Shown: piece after piece, positions 20,094 to 31,763 of the stretch | Layout of the letters: each line of letters begins with the position of its first letter | Numbering within the stretch: position 1 is the first letter of the stretch | NCBI GenBank assembly: GCA_965203295.1 | Contig: CBDBCZ010000019.1 | Span: 800,001 to 864,000 of the forward strand | Length of the DNA: 64,000 bases | Source of the DNA: Nitrospirales bacterium | GTDB taxonomy: Bacteria > Nitrospirota > Nitrospiria > Nitrospirales > UBA8639 | Direction of reading: 5' to 3' | The notes under the pieces: model-generated | The model's input: only the letters and a program-made list of their open reading frames with translations | Told to the model about the DNA's origin: nothing | The model's database searches: none | Translations under genes and position numbers: made by a program

Positions 20094-20884
20094 TTGTCCG
20101 TCTTCCCTTGTTAAGTTTATCCTAATTGTTGTAGGGACAAAAAAAGTCCTTTTAACTCATTAGCATGAGCCAAAAAGACTTTCGTGTCCGTCATTCACTG
20201 CCGGAACAGAGAAAAACCACATTGTTTCTCGTCTATCTAAAATCTATCCAAAAAAATAACAATATACAGCATTGCCAACCCTTACTTAACTTTGCTGAAA
20301 ATATCCATAGACGAGCGAGAACTGCTTCGTCCATCAGTAAAATTCATATAAAATTTTTTACTGTCTACACTATTAGACACCTAACGTCAAGGAAATTGGA
20401 ACAAGCGTAAAGAGTAAATAGGCGTAGGTTTTTGTCCTACAATCATGGTAGAGCTTGGATTGGGAAGCCGAGGGAGGGAATATTTTTCGCCTGAGAGTAA
20501 AGGCTGCGGGTTCATTGACTAAATCACTGCATAAAGAGCTCTCATCTGTGATGCTAGCAAATCGAACAATTCTTGAAACTTATTGAAAGAGACTCATATC
20601 GTTATTCAGCGATGGTCCAAGAGGTGTGGCTGCACAGAATGGGAGGGCCGATAGCATATCCCTCATAAGACCTGGCAGTGCCTTATCAAGCTGATGGGGC
20701 AAGTGGATCGGTATCAAGAACATTTTCCCCAAGTAAAGAACTGCACTGTTTCAAGCTTGGGAAAATAGCGATTCCCGACCAAGTGATTTGGACAGCCCTT
20801 TTGGTAGTTTTCGGATTACCAGCTTGTGATATACTTTTGGCGGAAGAAACTTCCTAATTCTTAACGCGTGGGAAAGGAGACCAA

Positions 20885-21793
20885 ATGATAATGACTGATT
20901 GGTTCCGATGCAGTGTTGCATTGGCTATATTTCCCGCATCTTCTTTACTGTTGGGATGCGCAGGATCTTCCGGCATACAAACCATGATTCATAAAAGTCC
21001 TGACAGCGTCGTGTACTTAGAGTGGGTGCCTGAAGAATCTTTTCGTGCCTCACATCCCGCGACACTTTCCCCCAAGATTATCCAGCGAAGCCTACGTGGA
21101 GTTCTTATCCAAGCGCCACCTGGACTTCTTGATGACATGTTGGGGAAGGAGGAGCCAAAGCCTTTTCACATGTTTTCCCATTTTGATGTGGAGCTCCTTG
21201 TACCCCACATTGTTTCCGCTTTGTCGCAAGCGACTCCTGAGGAACATGTGGTATTCCGACGAATTTACGATCTGGAATCGAGCACAAGACCGACTGAAGG
21301 GAAACTCCATGTTCAAGATGACCTCTTGCACATTACATTCACTCACTATGGACTCAAAACTCGTCAAGTCCTGACAGTGTTTAAGGGGGGAGGAGATCGT
21401 CATATGCCAGATTATTCAGGGCTCAAGGGCAGCAAGGTTTTATTTACTCCAAAAACAGCATGGCGCCACGATGTCGTTCCCGATAAAGCCCCTCCGGACT
21501 CTCCACACGCAAAAACCGTGGCGCTGGATTATAAAGTGCTGGCCAGTCTTCCGGCCGAACCTCTTTACATGCCTCACAAGGCTGGTTCCGATTCACGTAC
21601 TGTTCATGAGCCGTCTCAACCTCATGATCCCAAACCTGTTAATGAGATGTCAGAAACAACGGACCGTGATACCCAGAATGCGCTCGATCGAGAACAGGCT
21701 CAGCCTTCAGAGCAGGACCCAAAGTTCAAAGACTTGGAAGAAAGAATTCGTATTTTTGAGCAGGAACTCGAGAGACGCAAAACGAAACCATAG
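20885..21793 (+). CDS. Hypothetical lipoprotein
   Basis: Lipobox LLGC; SD GGAG; C-terminal coiled coil. Confidence 0.7.
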   Translation: MIMTDWFRCSVALAIFPASSLLLGCAGSSGIQTMIHKSPDSVVYLEWVPEESFRASHPATLSPKIIQRSLRGVLIQAPPGLLDDMLGKEEPKPFHMFSHFDVELLVPHIVSALSQATPEEHVVFRRIYDLESSTRPTEGKLHVQDDLLHITFTHYGLKTRQVLTVFKGGGDRHMPDYSGLKGSKVLFTPKTAWRHDVVPDKAPPDSPHAKTVALDYKVLASLPAEPLYMPHKAGSDSRTVHEPSQPHDPKPVNEMSETTDRDTQNALDREQAQPSEQDPKFKDLEERIRIFEQELERRKTKP

Positions 21794-21840
21794 ATTCGAA
21801 TGCCACGCTCCTAACTAACGAATTGTTTCAAAAAACAATA

Positions 21841-21876
21841 AGGCCTTTGAGAACGAAATCTCAAAGGCCTTTTTTG
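21841..21876. terminator. Terminator between convergent genes
   Basis: AGGCCTTTGAGA...TCTCAAAGGCCTTTTTTG. Confidence 0.7.
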
Positions 21877-21931
21877 TTACGAATTTTCTGAGCGTCTAAT
21901 CAAGGAACATTATGGGTAGAGGGAGAGATGC

Positions 21932-22345
21932 TTAATGTCCTTCTTTCGCAAGATTCTTATTCCATTCAGGTATTTCCACCACGAGGTTTTTGCTTCCATT
22001 TGCGACACATTGACACCCTAATCTGGATTGAAGGGTTATTGCTGGTGCTTCGTCTAATTGATCCAATTCATCATCTGTCGGCTCATTACAAGTATCAAGC
22101 TCTTCCTTTACGATGACATGGCAGGTTGAGCATGCACAGACTCCGCCGCAGGCATGTTCCAGATCCACCCCTGCTCCCATGGCAATATCGAGAACACTTC
22201 CAGGTAGGCCGGTAGGTCCGTATGGAATCTTATCCGGATCAACCTTCACCTCAATCGTCTCGTCTGGAAGTTTGAAGGTGACGGTAAACGGAACTTTTGC
22301 TGATTCAACTTCCACTTGTTCAATGTAAGGGTTACTTCCACCCAT
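21932..22345 (-). CDS. fdx: ISC-type [2Fe-2S] ferredoxin
   Basis: EHACGGVCACSTCH and SRLGCQ motifs. Confidence 0.9.
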   Translation of the reverse strand: MGGSNPYIEQVEVESAKVPFTVTFKLPDETIEVKVDPDKIPYGPTGLPGSVLDIAMGAGVDLEHACGGVCACSTCHVIVKEELDTCNEPTDDELDQLDEAPAITLQSRLGCQCVANGSKNLVVEIPEWNKNLAKEGH

Positions 22346-22467
22346 TTAGGACTCTCCTTCTGATTGCTTGATGGTTCACTCAGGTTCGAATTCCCCTCCA
22401 ACGCCCTATGCGGAGTTACAAACTATACAATGTAGGACTTATTGATTCCCCGATAAGATCAATCTCC

Positions 22468-22528
22468 GATTATTCTAGTCTTGACATGAATATTCTGTCA
22501 ATGCTAGCATTCTAAGACTATTCTAGTC
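22468..22528. promoter_or_regulatory. Two IscR/Rrf2-like operator cores around the isc promoter
   Basis: GATTATTCTAGTC (22468-22480) abuts TTGACA; GACTATTCTAGTC (22516-22528) resembles the IscR type-1 core GACT-N5-AGTC. Confidence 0.6.
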
Positions 22529-22571
22529 GGGGATAATAGTAATCGCCGATGATCTTGATCTGGAGAGATCG

Positions 22572-23051
22572 TTGTTAAAATTATCAAAAAAAACAGATTA
22601 CGCCTTAATGGCTCTTCAGTACATGGCTTCCATTCAATATGGGGAAGATCTTAACGAAGTTCGTGTCGTGAATAGCAAAGAAATTGCTGAGGAACATAAT
22701 ATTCCTGCAGAATTGCTGGCGAAGGTGCTTCAAACTCTTGCCAAAACCAACATCATAGAGAGTCATCATAATGGACCAAAGGGAGGTTATGTTTTGGGAA
22801 GGGAGCCCAAGATGATTACCGTGGCTCAGGTGTTGGAAGCCCTTGAAGGCCCCTTAGGAATCACGGACTGCTACCATGACAAGGAGCAGGCTCCCTGCGA
22901 GCAGCTGGAACGGTGTAATATCCGAACTCCAATCCTGAGGATCCAGGAAAGTATCTACCAACTTCTTAATAGTATGTCCATTGATGATATGATGGGGGGC
23001 ACTCCATTTATCATCGTGGAATCTCGTAGGACAGAAGGAGTGAAATCATGA
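22572..23051 (+). CDS. iscR: Rrf2-family Fe-S regulator IscR
   Basis: GPKGGYVL wing, three C-terminal Cys, directly upstream of iscS. Confidence 0.85.
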   Translation: MLKLSKKTDYALMALQYMASIQYGEDLNEVRVVNSKEIAEEHNIPAELLAKVLQTLAKTNIIESHHNGPKGGYVLGREPKMITVAQVLEALEGPLGITDCYHDKEQAPCEQLERCNIRTPILRIQESIYQLLNSMSIDDMMGGTPFIIVESRRTEGVKS

Positions 23052-24262
23052 AGCTTCCTATTTACATGGATTACCACTCGACAACTCCGTGTGACCCGAG
23101 GGTTGTTGAGGTCATGTTGCCATATTTTACAGAAAAGTTTGGAAATTCCGCGAGTCGAAATCATACATTTGGGTGGGATGCTGAGGAAGCCGTGGATCAA
23201 GCTCGAAAGCAGATTGCTCAATTAATCCATGCGGATCCCAAGGAACTGGTGTTCACAAGTGGTGCGACAGAGTCGGACAATCTTGCCTTAAAAGGCGTCG
23301 CGGAAATGTACAGAGAAAAGGGCGACCACATTATCACGAGCGCCACCGAACATCGAGCCGTAATTGATACGGCGAAGGCTCTTGAGAAAAAAGGGTTCAA
23401 GGTTACGTTTTTACCAGTAGATAAAACAGGGCTGGTCAACCAGGATGATGTGAGAAATGCCATCACAGACAAAACTATTTTGATCTCTATTATGCTGGCG
23501 AACAACGAAATTGGCACGATAAATCCCATTAAGGAAATTGGGAAAATAGCCAAAGAAAAGGGGATTCTTTTTCATTCTGATGCGACTCAAGGGGTTGGGA
23601 AAATTCCCGTTGATGTCCAGGACATGGGCATTGATCTTATGTCCTTTACAGGTCACAAAATTTATGGACCGAAAGGAATTGGGGCGCTTTACGTCAGACG
23701 CAGAGCCCCGCGTGTTCGGATTGAGCCTATGATTCATGGTGGAGGGCATGAGCGGGGAATGCGATCTGGGACATTGCCGGTTCCCCTGATTGCAGGATTT
23801 GGGAAAGCGATCGAGCTTTGCCGACAGGAGATGGCTACGGAGGCCATTCGGGTAGCAGGTCTTCGGGACAAACTGCAGGATGGCATTCTGGCGGCCATGG
23901 AAGAAGTGTATCTGAATGGACATCCCATCCACCGACTCCCAGGAAATCTTAATCTCAGTTTTGCCTATGTGGAAGGCGAAGCCTTGCTCATGGGTGTGAA
24001 AGAAATTGCCTTATCCTCTGGTTCCGCTTGTACGTCCGCCACGTTGGAACCATCCTATGTTCTGCGGGCTCTTGGCGTGGGGTCTGATTTGGCTCATTCT
24101 TCTATTCGTTTCGGCCTTGGTCGCTTTACCACGGAAGAAGAAGTGGACTACACTATTGAACGAATGGTCAAAGCCGTTAATCATCTGCGAGAAATGTCCC
24201 CACTCTATGAAATGGCGAAAGAAGGGATCGATTTGAAAAGCGTGCAGTGGGCTGCTCATTGA
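23048..24262 (+). CDS. iscS: Cysteine desulfurase
   Basis: GHKIYGPKG (PLP Lys), SSGSACTS, C-terminal WAAH. Confidence 0.96.
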   Translation: MKLPIYMDYHSTTPCDPRVVEVMLPYFTEKFGNSASRNHTFGWDAEEAVDQARKQIAQLIHADPKELVFTSGATESDNLALKGVAEMYREKGDHIITSATEHRAVIDTAKALEKKGFKVTFLPVDKTGLVNQDDVRNAITDKTILISIMLANNEIGTINPIKEIGKIAKEKGILFHSDATQGVGKIPVDVQDMGIDLMSFTGHKIYGPKGIGALYVRRRAPRVRIEPMIHGGGHERGMRSGTLPVPLIAGFGKAIELCRQEMATEAIRVAGLRDKLQDGILAAMEEVYLNGHPIHRLPGNLNLSFAYVEGEALLMGVKEIALSSGSACTSATLEPSYVLRALGVGSDLAHSSIRFGLGRFTTEEEVDYTIERMVKAVNHLREMSPLYEMAKEGIDLKSVQWAAH

Positions 24263-24319
24263 TCACGCTCATAATATTATGGCGACTTAATTTAAGGGAT
24301 TCTTAAGGAGGGTTGCATC

Positions 24320-24736
24320 ATGGCATACAGTGAAAAAGTCATTGACCATTACAATAATCCACGGAATATGGGGAGTTTTAAAAAAGAAGACGAAGGAGTG
24401 GGCACGGGGATTGTTGGAGCGCCGGAATGCGGCGACGTGATGAAGCTTCAGATTAAAGTCGAAAACGATACAATTGTTGATGCCAAATTTAAGACATTTG
24501 GTTGCGGCTCAGCCATTGCAAGTTCCAGCTTAGCCACCGAGTGGTTAAAGGGAAGAAGCGTTGAGGAAGCAGGGCAAATAAAAAATACAGAAATCGTTCA
24601 GGAGTTAAACCTGCCTCCTGTCAAAATCCATTGTTCCGTTTTGGCTGAAGATGCGATAAAAGCTGCTTTAAAGGACTATCAGCAAAAGGCCAATACCGAT
24701 AGTCAGCCAGAGGAAACTGCGCAGGCCAACCCGTAA
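24320..24736 (+). CDS. iscU: Fe-S scaffold
   Basis: MAYSEKVIDHY, GAPECGD, FGCGSA, LPPVKIHCS. Confidence 0.96.
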   Translation: MAYSEKVIDHYNNPRNMGSFKKEDEGVGTGIVGAPECGDVMKLQIKVENDTIVDAKFKTFGCGSAIASSSLATEWLKGRSVEEAGQIKNTEIVQELNLPPVKIHCSVLAEDAIKAALKDYQQKANTDSQPEETAQANP

Positions 24737-24769
24737 ATAGTTGAATGGAAATTCGAGGGAGAAGTCATT

Positions 24770-25123
24770 ATGGACTCCACTGAAATAACAGACACCCCAA
24801 TCGTCACATTGACCGACAAGGCCCTAAAAGAGGTCAGGCGTCTCCTTGATTTGCAGGGTATTACGGAAGGAGGCCTTCGCCTAGGGGTGAAAGGGGGAGG
24901 CTGCTCAGGTCTCAGTTACACGATTAATTTCGATGATAAAATAGGCGAATTTGATACCGTGATCGAAGTTGATGGGGTGAAAGTGTTAGTTGACGCAAAG
25001 AGTGCTATTTACCTGACAGGTATGCAACTCGATTACGAAAAAGACTTGGTCAGTGGCTCCTTTAAATTCAAAAACCCCAATGCCGACAAAACCTGTGGAT
25101 GTGGAGAATCATTTTCTGCTTAA
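24770..25123 (+). CDS. iscA: A-type Fe-S carrier
   Basis: GGGCSGLSY and CGCGESF. Confidence 0.92.
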   Translation: MDSTEITDTPIVTLTDKALKEVRRLLDLQGITEGGLRLGVKGGGCSGLSYTINFDDKIGEFDTVIEVDGVKVLVDAKSAIYLTGMQLDYEKDLVSGSFKFKNPNADKTCGCGESFSA

Positions 25124-25219
25124 CGTAACGAATTAAGGCAAATCTTCATTGTATAGAGACGTGATCGTGACGGGCATGGAGATTTTGACCATGCCCGTTG
25201 TGCAAGAGGCCATTATCCC

Positions 25220-25942
25220 ATGAAGTCCCATGAGACTCAGGCGCCTTCTCAACGCGAGTTGCCTCTGGCCAGGAGTATGTGCTGGCATTGTCAGTCTGAA
25301 GTGACAGGAGAGTATCTCTGTGGACAATGTGTCAAAGTTCAGCCTCTGTCCAAAGAATTGGACTATTTTACATGTCTGAAAGTCCCTCGGTTGCTCAATC
25401 TGGATGAAGGGCAATTGGAGGCTATCTTCTATGAACTGAGTAGAACCTTCCATCCTGATTTTTATTCCAACAAAGACGAATCAGAAAAGACGATTAGTCT
25501 GGGAAACTCCACCCTGTTAAATACCGCGTATCGAACCCTCAAAGATCCTATTCAGCGAGCAGAATACCTCATCCGTCTTGAAGCTGGTTCGGTGAAGGAA
25601 ATACGATCGGTTCCGCCCGCTGATTTGTTTGAAGAGATTCTTCAACTTCAGGAAGATCTCGAAGAGTTCAAAAGTCTATCCCCTTACGACAATGCTGAAT
25701 CTTACGTCAGACTTCGTGCCAAACTTCAGGCCGATCGTGTGTCACTAGAGGAACGACAGGCCAAATTGGAGTCGTCTTTGTTTGAAAAGTTTGCGGTATG
25801 GGATTCCCTTCAAGCCAAGTCGGATAAGGGCAATGGTCTGAGGGCAGAAAAGGACGCAGTGTTGAAAGAGATGCAGGAAAATCTATCCAATCGGACTTAC
25901 GTCAAGAATATTGTCAATGATCTTGTCGAGATCACGGATTAA
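25220..25942 (+). CDS. hscB: Co-chaperone HscB with an N-terminal tetra-Cys motif
   Basis: CWHC...CGQC, J-domain HPD, LNTAYRTLKDP. Confidence 0.9.
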   Translation: MKSHETQAPSQRELPLARSMCWHCQSEVTGEYLCGQCVKVQPLSKELDYFTCLKVPRLLNLDEGQLEAIFYELSRTFHPDFYSNKDESEKTISLGNSTLLNTAYRTLKDPIQRAEYLIRLEAGSVKEIRSVPPADLFEEILQLQEDLEEFKSLSPYDNAESYVRLRAKLQADRVSLEERQAKLESSLFEKFAVWDSLQAKSDKGNGLRAEKDAVLKEMQENLSNRTYVKNIVNDLVEITD

Positions 25943-25960
25943 TTCAAGCTCCTGACGACT

Positions 25961-27781
25961 ATGGCACCTATTGTTGGCATTGATCTAGGCACGACCAATT
26001 CCCTTGTTGCTTTTATGGATGGAGAGGAGCCTCGGGTTATTACAGGACGGAATGGCCAAGGCATGGTCCCTTCTATTGTTGGGATGACTGACAATGGCTT
26101 GATTGTCGGTGAATCAGCCAAAGAGTATCTCGTTCGAGATCCGGCTCGTACCATTTATTCAGTCAAAAGATTTATGGGGAAGAGTCTGGATGATGTGACT
26201 GAAGAGCTTAAGTATTTTCCCTACCGAATCCATGAAAAGAATGGAGTGATCAGGATAGAGGTTCGGGATAAATCCTTCTCTCCTTCCCAAGTCTCTGCCA
26301 TGATCCTGAAAGAATTAAAAATGAGGGCAGAGATGCATTTCGGGGAAGAGATCACCAAGGCTGTGATTACCGTTCCGGCCTATTTTAATGATGGCCAGAG
26401 ACAGGCCACGAAAGATGCGGGATTAATCGCTGGCCTCGAAGTTCTTCGAATCATTAATGAACCAACTGCGGCTTCCCTTGCCTATGGTCTTCAGAAAAAG
26501 ACCCAGGGGGTCATTGCGGTCTATGATCTAGGCGGAGGCACCTTTGATATTTCCATTTTGAAATTAAAGGATGGGATTTTTGAAGTGCTGGCTACAAATG
26601 GGAATTCTCATCTTGGAGGCGATGACCTGGATCGTCGGATTGTCGATGTGTTGTGCAGGGAGATTCAGGAGTCTCACGGTCTTAAAGTCGATGATTTTTC
26701 AGATTTAATGCAAAATGTTCGGTTGGAGGCAGAGCGAGTAAAAGTTCAGTTGTCTGATCAAGAAAGTCTCTCGGCCTTCATTGAACTTCCTCAACACAAG
26801 GAACGATTTCAACGGAAATGGACGAGGAAGGAATTGGAAAGCATGACGCGTGATTTGATCGACAAAACTTTGGTTCCATGTTCTCAAGCATTACGAGATG
26901 CAGGACTCCAGGCTTCCCAGATTGATGAGGTGGTCTTGGTTGGTGGAAGTACCAGGATGCCATTCGTACGACAGCGAGTCAAAGAATTTTTTGGGAAGAC
27001 TCCACTTTGTGACCTCGACCCTGATGAAGTGGTCGCTCTTGGCGCAGCCATTCAGGCCGATATCCTTAGTGGAAATCAGCAGAAGATGTTGTTGCTTGAT
27101 GTGACGCCCTTGTCCCTTGGGATTGAAACCATCGGAAGAGTGATGAGCAGTCTGATTCGGCGGAACACAATCATTCCAACCAACGCCAAGGAGATGTTTA
27201 CCACATATGTGGATGGCCAAACGTCTGTTGATATTCATATCTTGCAGGGGGAACGGGAACTCGTCCGAGATAATAGGAGTTTGGCACGGTTCCAACTTAA
27301 GGTCCCCCCCCTTCCTGCTGGTGTTCCAAGGATTGAGGTGAACTTTTTGATTGATGCGAATGGAATTTTGAATGTCGCGGCGAAAGATATTCGTACAGGA
27401 GAGTCTCAAACGGTTCAGGTGAAGCCGTCTCATGGATTGAGTGATCAAGAAGTGGAAACCATGATTCGAGAATCTTTTCAGTTTGCAGCTCAAGATATTC
27501 GAGCTCGACAACTGATTGAGGCACGCAATGAAGCGGAGGCCATTCTGAAGGCGACCGAAAAGGCCCTTCACCGTGGTGAACAACTCATTTCTTCTCAAGA
27601 GGCTTCGCAGATTAAAGACGCTCTTGCTAAGTTGCAGACTGTATCTCATGAAGATGACCACAAAGTTATAAGAGCCCATATCTCAGAGGTCGAAAAACAC
27701 ACGCATCATTTAGCTGAAGTCCTTATGGATGCGACGTTGAAAGAAGCGCTGGAAAGCAAAAAAGTTTCTGAAGTGAGTTGA
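25961..27781 (+). CDS. hscA: Hsp70 chaperone HscA
   Basis: [18 protein letters not shown]; position in the isc operon. Confidence 0.9.
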   Translation: MAPIVGIDLGTTNSLVAFMDGEEPRVITGRNGQGMVPSIVGMTDNGLIVGESAKEYLVRDPARTIYSVKRFMGKSLDDVTEELKYFPYRIHEKNGVIRIEVRDKSFSPSQVSAMILKELKMRAEMHFGEEITKAVITVPAYFNDGQRQATKDAGLIAGLEVLRIINEPTAASLAYGLQKKTQGVIAVYDLGGGTFDISILKLKDGIFEVLATNGNSHLGGDDLDRRIVDVLCREIQESHGLKVDDFSDLMQNVRLEAERVKVQLSDQESLSAFIELPQHKERFQRKWTRKELESMTRDLIDKTLVPCSQALRDAGLQASQIDEVVLVGGSTRMPFVRQRVKEFFGKTPLCDLDPDEVVALGAAIQADILSGNQQKMLLLDVTPLSLGIETIGRVMSSLIRRNTIIPTNAKEMFTTYVDGQTSVDIHILQGERELVRDNRSLARFQLKVPPLPAGVPRIEVNFLIDANGILNVAAKDIRTGESQTVQVKPSHGLSDQEVETMIRESFQFAAQDIRARQLIEARNEAEAILKATEKALHRGEQLISSQEASQIKDALAKLQTVSHEDDHKVIRAHISEVEKHTHHLAEVLMDATLKEALESKKVSEVS

Positions 27782-27836
27782 CGGAGCATCGACAAGTCAT
27801 TCAACGGCATTTCTCTTATTGTTCGTTTGATATTGA

Positions 27837-28064
27837 GTGAGCACAATGGCAGAAGATTTGAACTGGGAGGATATGGAAGATATTGCCATTCGGTTGCATG
27901 AAGAGCATCCGGAAGTTGATCCCTTGACGGTTCGATTTACGGATATGCATGGGTGGATCGTGGCATGGCCAGAATTTAAAGGCGATCCTAAAAAATCGAA
28001 TGAGAAAATTTTGGAATCCATTCAAATGGCTTGGTTGGAAGAATACCAGGATTCCAAGAATTGA
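27837..28064 (+). CDS. iscX: Fe-S assembly protein IscX
   Basis: LNWED...IAIRL...DPLTVRFTDM...NEKILESIQMAWLEE. Confidence 0.9.
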   Translation: MSTMAEDLNWEDMEDIAIRLHEEHPEVDPLTVRFTDMHGWIVAWPEFKGDPKKSNEKILESIQMAWLEEYQDSKN

Positions 28065-28249
28065 AAAAGTTTCTCGTGACGTTCGAATGCGAGAACCTCT
28101 CACGACCCCTTCTTAACAATTTCATTCGATCCCCTTCTCAGTAGTGTTCTCAGTTGTCGTTTGGGGACTCTTCATTGTAGAACCGGTCTTTTCCTAGAGT
28201 GTGCTGGATGCTCAGTGATCCGCATCTCAAAACATATAGACAATTGAAT

Positions 28250-28502
28250 GGGCCTGTTGAATATCCAACAATTTTTCAAATGAACGACCACTGCCCAGCA
28301 CCTTCAAGTATCAGGAGGAAATGGGGCTGTTCAAAAAGGCCCGTCCAGTAAGGCCGGTGGCAAGCGGAGCGTATACGGGAGTATGTGAGCACGACAACGG
28401 GCCGACCTGCCTGCGCAAATCGCTTTCAGCCTTCGTAGCGACTTCGGAGAAGGAGGCTCGGTGGAGGCAGGGACCGCTGCTGGCGGACTTTTTCAACAGC
28501 CC
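28250..28502 (+). repeat. MITE/REP-like repeat, copy 1
   Basis: GGGCCTGTTGAATA...TTTTTCAACAGCCC termini with an inner GGGCTGTTCAAAAA; homologous to the copies at 38228 and 55868. Confidence 0.8.
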
Positions 28503-28520
28503 ACGAATGTATCTTTTGAA

Positions 28521-30905
28521 TTAGGGTGTAGATTTCCAGATTTCTTCTTTGTCCAGTTCGTAAAACTCCAGGGGATTGGAAGTTTGAAGGCGCTTCTTCT
28601 GTGGAACAGTCCATTTGGCAAATACCTCTGCGGTAGTTTTCTGACTGGGTTCCTTAGCTAAAGCTCCAGTATAGGATTGAATTTGGGCAAACTGGATTCC
28701 ATCAGGGATGGAAAAGGTCATGACTGGTAGGGTTCCCAGTGCTTCTTTCATAAAATGAGTCCAAATGGGAAGGGCTGCGTGAGCACCCGATTCCCTCCTC
28801 CCTAATGGTTGCGTTCCATCAAACCCAACCCAGACTCCCACCGCTAAGTTCGGAGCATACCCTACAAACCAGGCGTCCCGAAATCTATTGGTCGTTCCCG
28901 TTTTTCCTGCCAGAGGACGGCCAATAGATTTTGCTCTTCTTCCTGTTCCACTTTGAATGACGTCCATCATCATGTGGGTGATAAGATACGCTGTCTCTTT
29001 CGAGACGACTTCTCGAGGTTCAAAGAAGTGTTGTTCTAAGGTCGCTTCCTCCTTATTTCTCACGATCGAAATGGCATAGGGTTCCAGATAGATTCCCTGA
29101 TTCGCAAAGACTCCATAAGCCGAGGTAAGTTCTTCGAGAGTGAGGCTCGATGATCCTAAAGCGAGTGAAAGGTCTTGGCTCAAGGAGCTGTGGATCCCCA
29201 GAGATTTCGAAAAATCAATCACGTTTCTGACGCCAATTTGTTCAAGGAGTCTGACTGTTGCGGCATTTCGAGAGTGTCGTAAAGCCTCCCGAAGCGTGAT
29301 CGTGCCAAAAAACCGTTTTTCATAATTCTCGGGCTTCCAGATTTTTTCAGGATCTTCTTGTTCATAGACCACAGGGGCATCCATGACTAAGGTGGCTGGC
29401 GTCAGACCGTATTTTAAAGCGGTCGCATAGATAACGGGTTTAAAAGCAGAGCCGGGTTGCCGAAGGGCTAACAGAGCTCGGTTGAACTGGTTTCGTTCAA
29501 AGTCATACCCCCCCACCAAAGCTCGAATACTACCTGTTCGTGGATCAAGGGCGATGAGCGCCCCTTCCACTAATGGAGTCTGTTCGAGGAATAACCGGAG
29601 CTTCCCGTTGTTTTCTTGTTTCACCCTCACTTCAATTACATCACCTATTTGCAAAAGCTGTTTAGGACCGGCATTGGGGTATTTAACAGCTTCTGTCACG
29701 GGGGCATTGTTTGGTAAACGTCGACGGGCCCAGCGCATGTCTTTTAAGTCGAGTCGGGCCTGACGGCCTTTAACAAAAACCAAGGCATGATCATCGAAAA
29801 GTTTTGTTACAATACCTTCTACGATCTTGTCTGGATCTGGTAGGACTGGCTGCTCCGTCTTCTCCTCCTGAGAAGCCAGCAATTCAGACATTGGAATAGT
29901 TTCTCGTCTTATAGGTCCTCGCCATCCTTGCCGCTTATCTAGCTCACGTAGTCCTTTTGTCACGGCTCTATTAGCGATTTTTTGCATATTGACGTTTAAG
30001 GTGGTGAAAACTTGGATGCCACCTTTGTTCACCATTGGTACCCCATACTGATTCACCAAATGTTGGCGAACGTGTTCTAAGAAATATGGAGCAACACGTT
30101 CCACTGATTGACGTTTGAAAGTCAGAGGGTAATTCTTAGCGGCTTTCCCTTCCTCCTTGGTCACATACTGCTCCTGTACCATTCGCCAGAGTACATGATA
30201 CTGCCGTTTTATTGACAATTCTGGGTTCTTATAAGGGGAATAGTTGGTGGGTGCTTTAGGTAAGCCAGCCAAGAAAGCCGCTTCAGGTAAACTGATTTCC
30301 GAAAGGTCTTTATCAAAGTATGTCAGTGAAGCCATACCCACACCGTATGCACCATGTCCAAAGTAGATTTGGTTTAGGTACATCTCAAGAATTTGGTCTT
30401 TTGTGAGAACCCATTCCATCTTCATGGCCAGCAGGAGTTCCCGAGTTTTGCGGCTATAGGTCCGTTCAGGCGAGAGAAATAATGTACGGGCTAATTGCTG
30501 GGTAATAGTACTGGCACCCTCGAATTTGCCACCTCGTCGTATGTTAGTCCATGCGGCACGGAGGATGCCGAATATATCCAGCCCAGGGTGTTCGAAAAAT
30601 CGAGCGTCTTCGACCGCGATGACCGCATTGATTAAGTCTGGCGGGATCTCAGCAATAGGGGTGATGATGCGCCGCTCCACATAAAATTGGCCGATGACCT
30701 GGCCATTGTCGGCATGGACACGGGAAATTAAGCTTGGTTGATATTCGTGGAGCGATTCCAATGAAGGAAGTCCCGTGGCCGTATACCAAATCAGACCTAG
30801 AGCACCTACAACCAGGAAGCCTAGGGATATAAGTACCGCAATAATGATCACCTGCTGATGGGATCGTCGTGGAGATCGAGGATTGCTGTATTTTCGTGAT
30901 ATCAT
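28521..30905 (-). CDS. mrcA: Class A penicillin-binding protein 1A
   Basis: EDARFFEH, GASTITQQL, SAFK, SRN, KTGT motifs. Confidence 0.92.
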   Translation of the reverse strand: MISRKYSNPRSPRRSHQQVIIIAVLISLGFLVVGALGLIWYTATGLPSLESLHEYQPSLISRVHADNGQVIGQFYVERRIITPIAEIPPDLINAVIAVEDARFFEHPGLDIFGILRAAWTNIRRGGKFEGASTITQQLARTLFLSPERTYSRKTRELLLAMKMEWVLTKDQILEMYLNQIYFGHGAYGVGMASLTYFDKDLSEISLPEAAFLAGLPKAPTNYSPYKNPELSIKRQYHVLWRMVQEQYVTKEEGKAAKNYPLTFKRQSVERVAPYFLEHVRQHLVNQYGVPMVNKGGIQVFTTLNVNMQKIANRAVTKGLRELDKRQGWRGPIRRETIPMSELLASQEEKTEQPVLPDPDKIVEGIVTKLFDDHALVFVKGRQARLDLKDMRWARRRLPNNAPVTEAVKYPNAGPKQLLQIGDVIEVRVKQENNGKLRLFLEQTPLVEGALIALDPRTGSIRALVGGYDFERNQFNRALLALRQPGSAFKPVIYATALKYGLTPATLVMDAPVVYEQEDPEKIWKPENYEKRFFGTITLREALRHSRNAATVRLLEQIGVRNVIDFSKSLGIHSSLSQDLSLALGSSSLTLEELTSAYGVFANQGIYLEPYAISIVRNKEEATLEQHFFEPREVVSKETAYLITHMMMDVIQSGTGRRAKSIGRPLAGKTGTTNRFRDAWFVGYAPNLAVGVWVGFDGTQPLGRRESGAHAALPIWTHFMKEALGTLPVMTFSIPDGIQFAQIQSYTGALAKEPSQKTTAEVFAKWTVPQKKRLQTSNPLEFYELDKEEIWKSTP

Positions 30906-31205
30906 AAATTTTTTAGGATTCGGTCACTCCGCTGATTGTCGAGAAGAGACGAGGGGGGGGATAGATCCTATTCCTAGGATAACCCCTGTTTCACCAAAAC
31001 TCAAGGTAAGACCGCAACATCATGATAAGGGCGATTTCAGAATCAGAACCGAAGCCAATTCGTTTACCCTCGGCTTCCGGCCTACGATAGTGCTTGTCTT
31101 GTAGGTCCTTTGGCATGGTTGACAACATTTTCATTCGCATGGTAAGAAAAATTCACTAGTATCAAAAACTTGTCATCACTTATCTATCTATAAGGAGGAC
31201 TTATA

Positions 31206-31679
31206 ATGTCCATCGATGTTGCCCTAGAGGTTAAAGTCGGGGATAATGCCCCAGATTTTACGTTAAAAGATCAAGACCAAAACGATGTCAATTTAAGGGA
31301 TTTTCGAGGGAAAAAGAACGTCGTTTTGGCCTTCTATCCCCTGGATTGGAGTCCTGTCTGTACAGGCGAGAATAAGTGCCTTACCGATGATTTCCCAAGT
31401 TTTAACGATGCCAATGCAGAGGTGTTTGGAATCAGTACCGACAGCTTCTTTTCCCATAAAGCTTGGGCCGAGTCTCTCGACCTCAAACATCGTTTATTGG
31501 CCGATATGCACCGAACTGTCTCGAAAGACTATGGCCTCTATTTTGAACCTCTCAATTGTGCAAAGCGAGCGACGGTCATCGTTGATAAAGTAGGTAAGGT
31601 TGCCTATGTAAAGGTGCAGGAAATTAAAACAGCTCGTGACGACAAAGAAATTCTTGAGGCGCTCAAAAAACTCAATTAA
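31206..31679 (+). CDS. Peroxiredoxin (AhpC/TSA, AhpE-like)
   Basis: [10 protein letters not shown] peroxidatic motif; SD AGGAGG. Confidence 0.88.
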   Translation: MSIDVALEVKVGDNAPDFTLKDQDQNDVNLRDFRGKKNVVLAFYPLDWSPVCTGENKCLTDDFPSFNDANAEVFGISTDSFFSHKAWAESLDLKHRLLADMHRTVSKDYGLYFEPLNCAKRATVIVDKVGKVAYVKVQEIKTARDDKEILEALKKLN

Positions 31680-31763
31680 ACCTTGGCATGAATTGTCGGC
31701 AAGAGAAAGGGGGATTTCTTGATGAAATCCCCATTTCTCTGTTGCAAACGAAGGAAGCTTGAT

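Noticed and set aside
4853..20885. Urea cluster as an island integrated at tRNA-Asn
   Set aside because: No integrase and no duplicated tRNA 3' end seen in the window; horizontal origin cannot be shown by eye
26891..27679. 262-aa minus-strand ORF
   Set aside because: Antisense shadow of hscA, a common feature of Hsp70 genes
28311..28661. Short ORFs in the repeat region
   Set aside because: They are translations of the MITE-like repeat or overlap PBP1A
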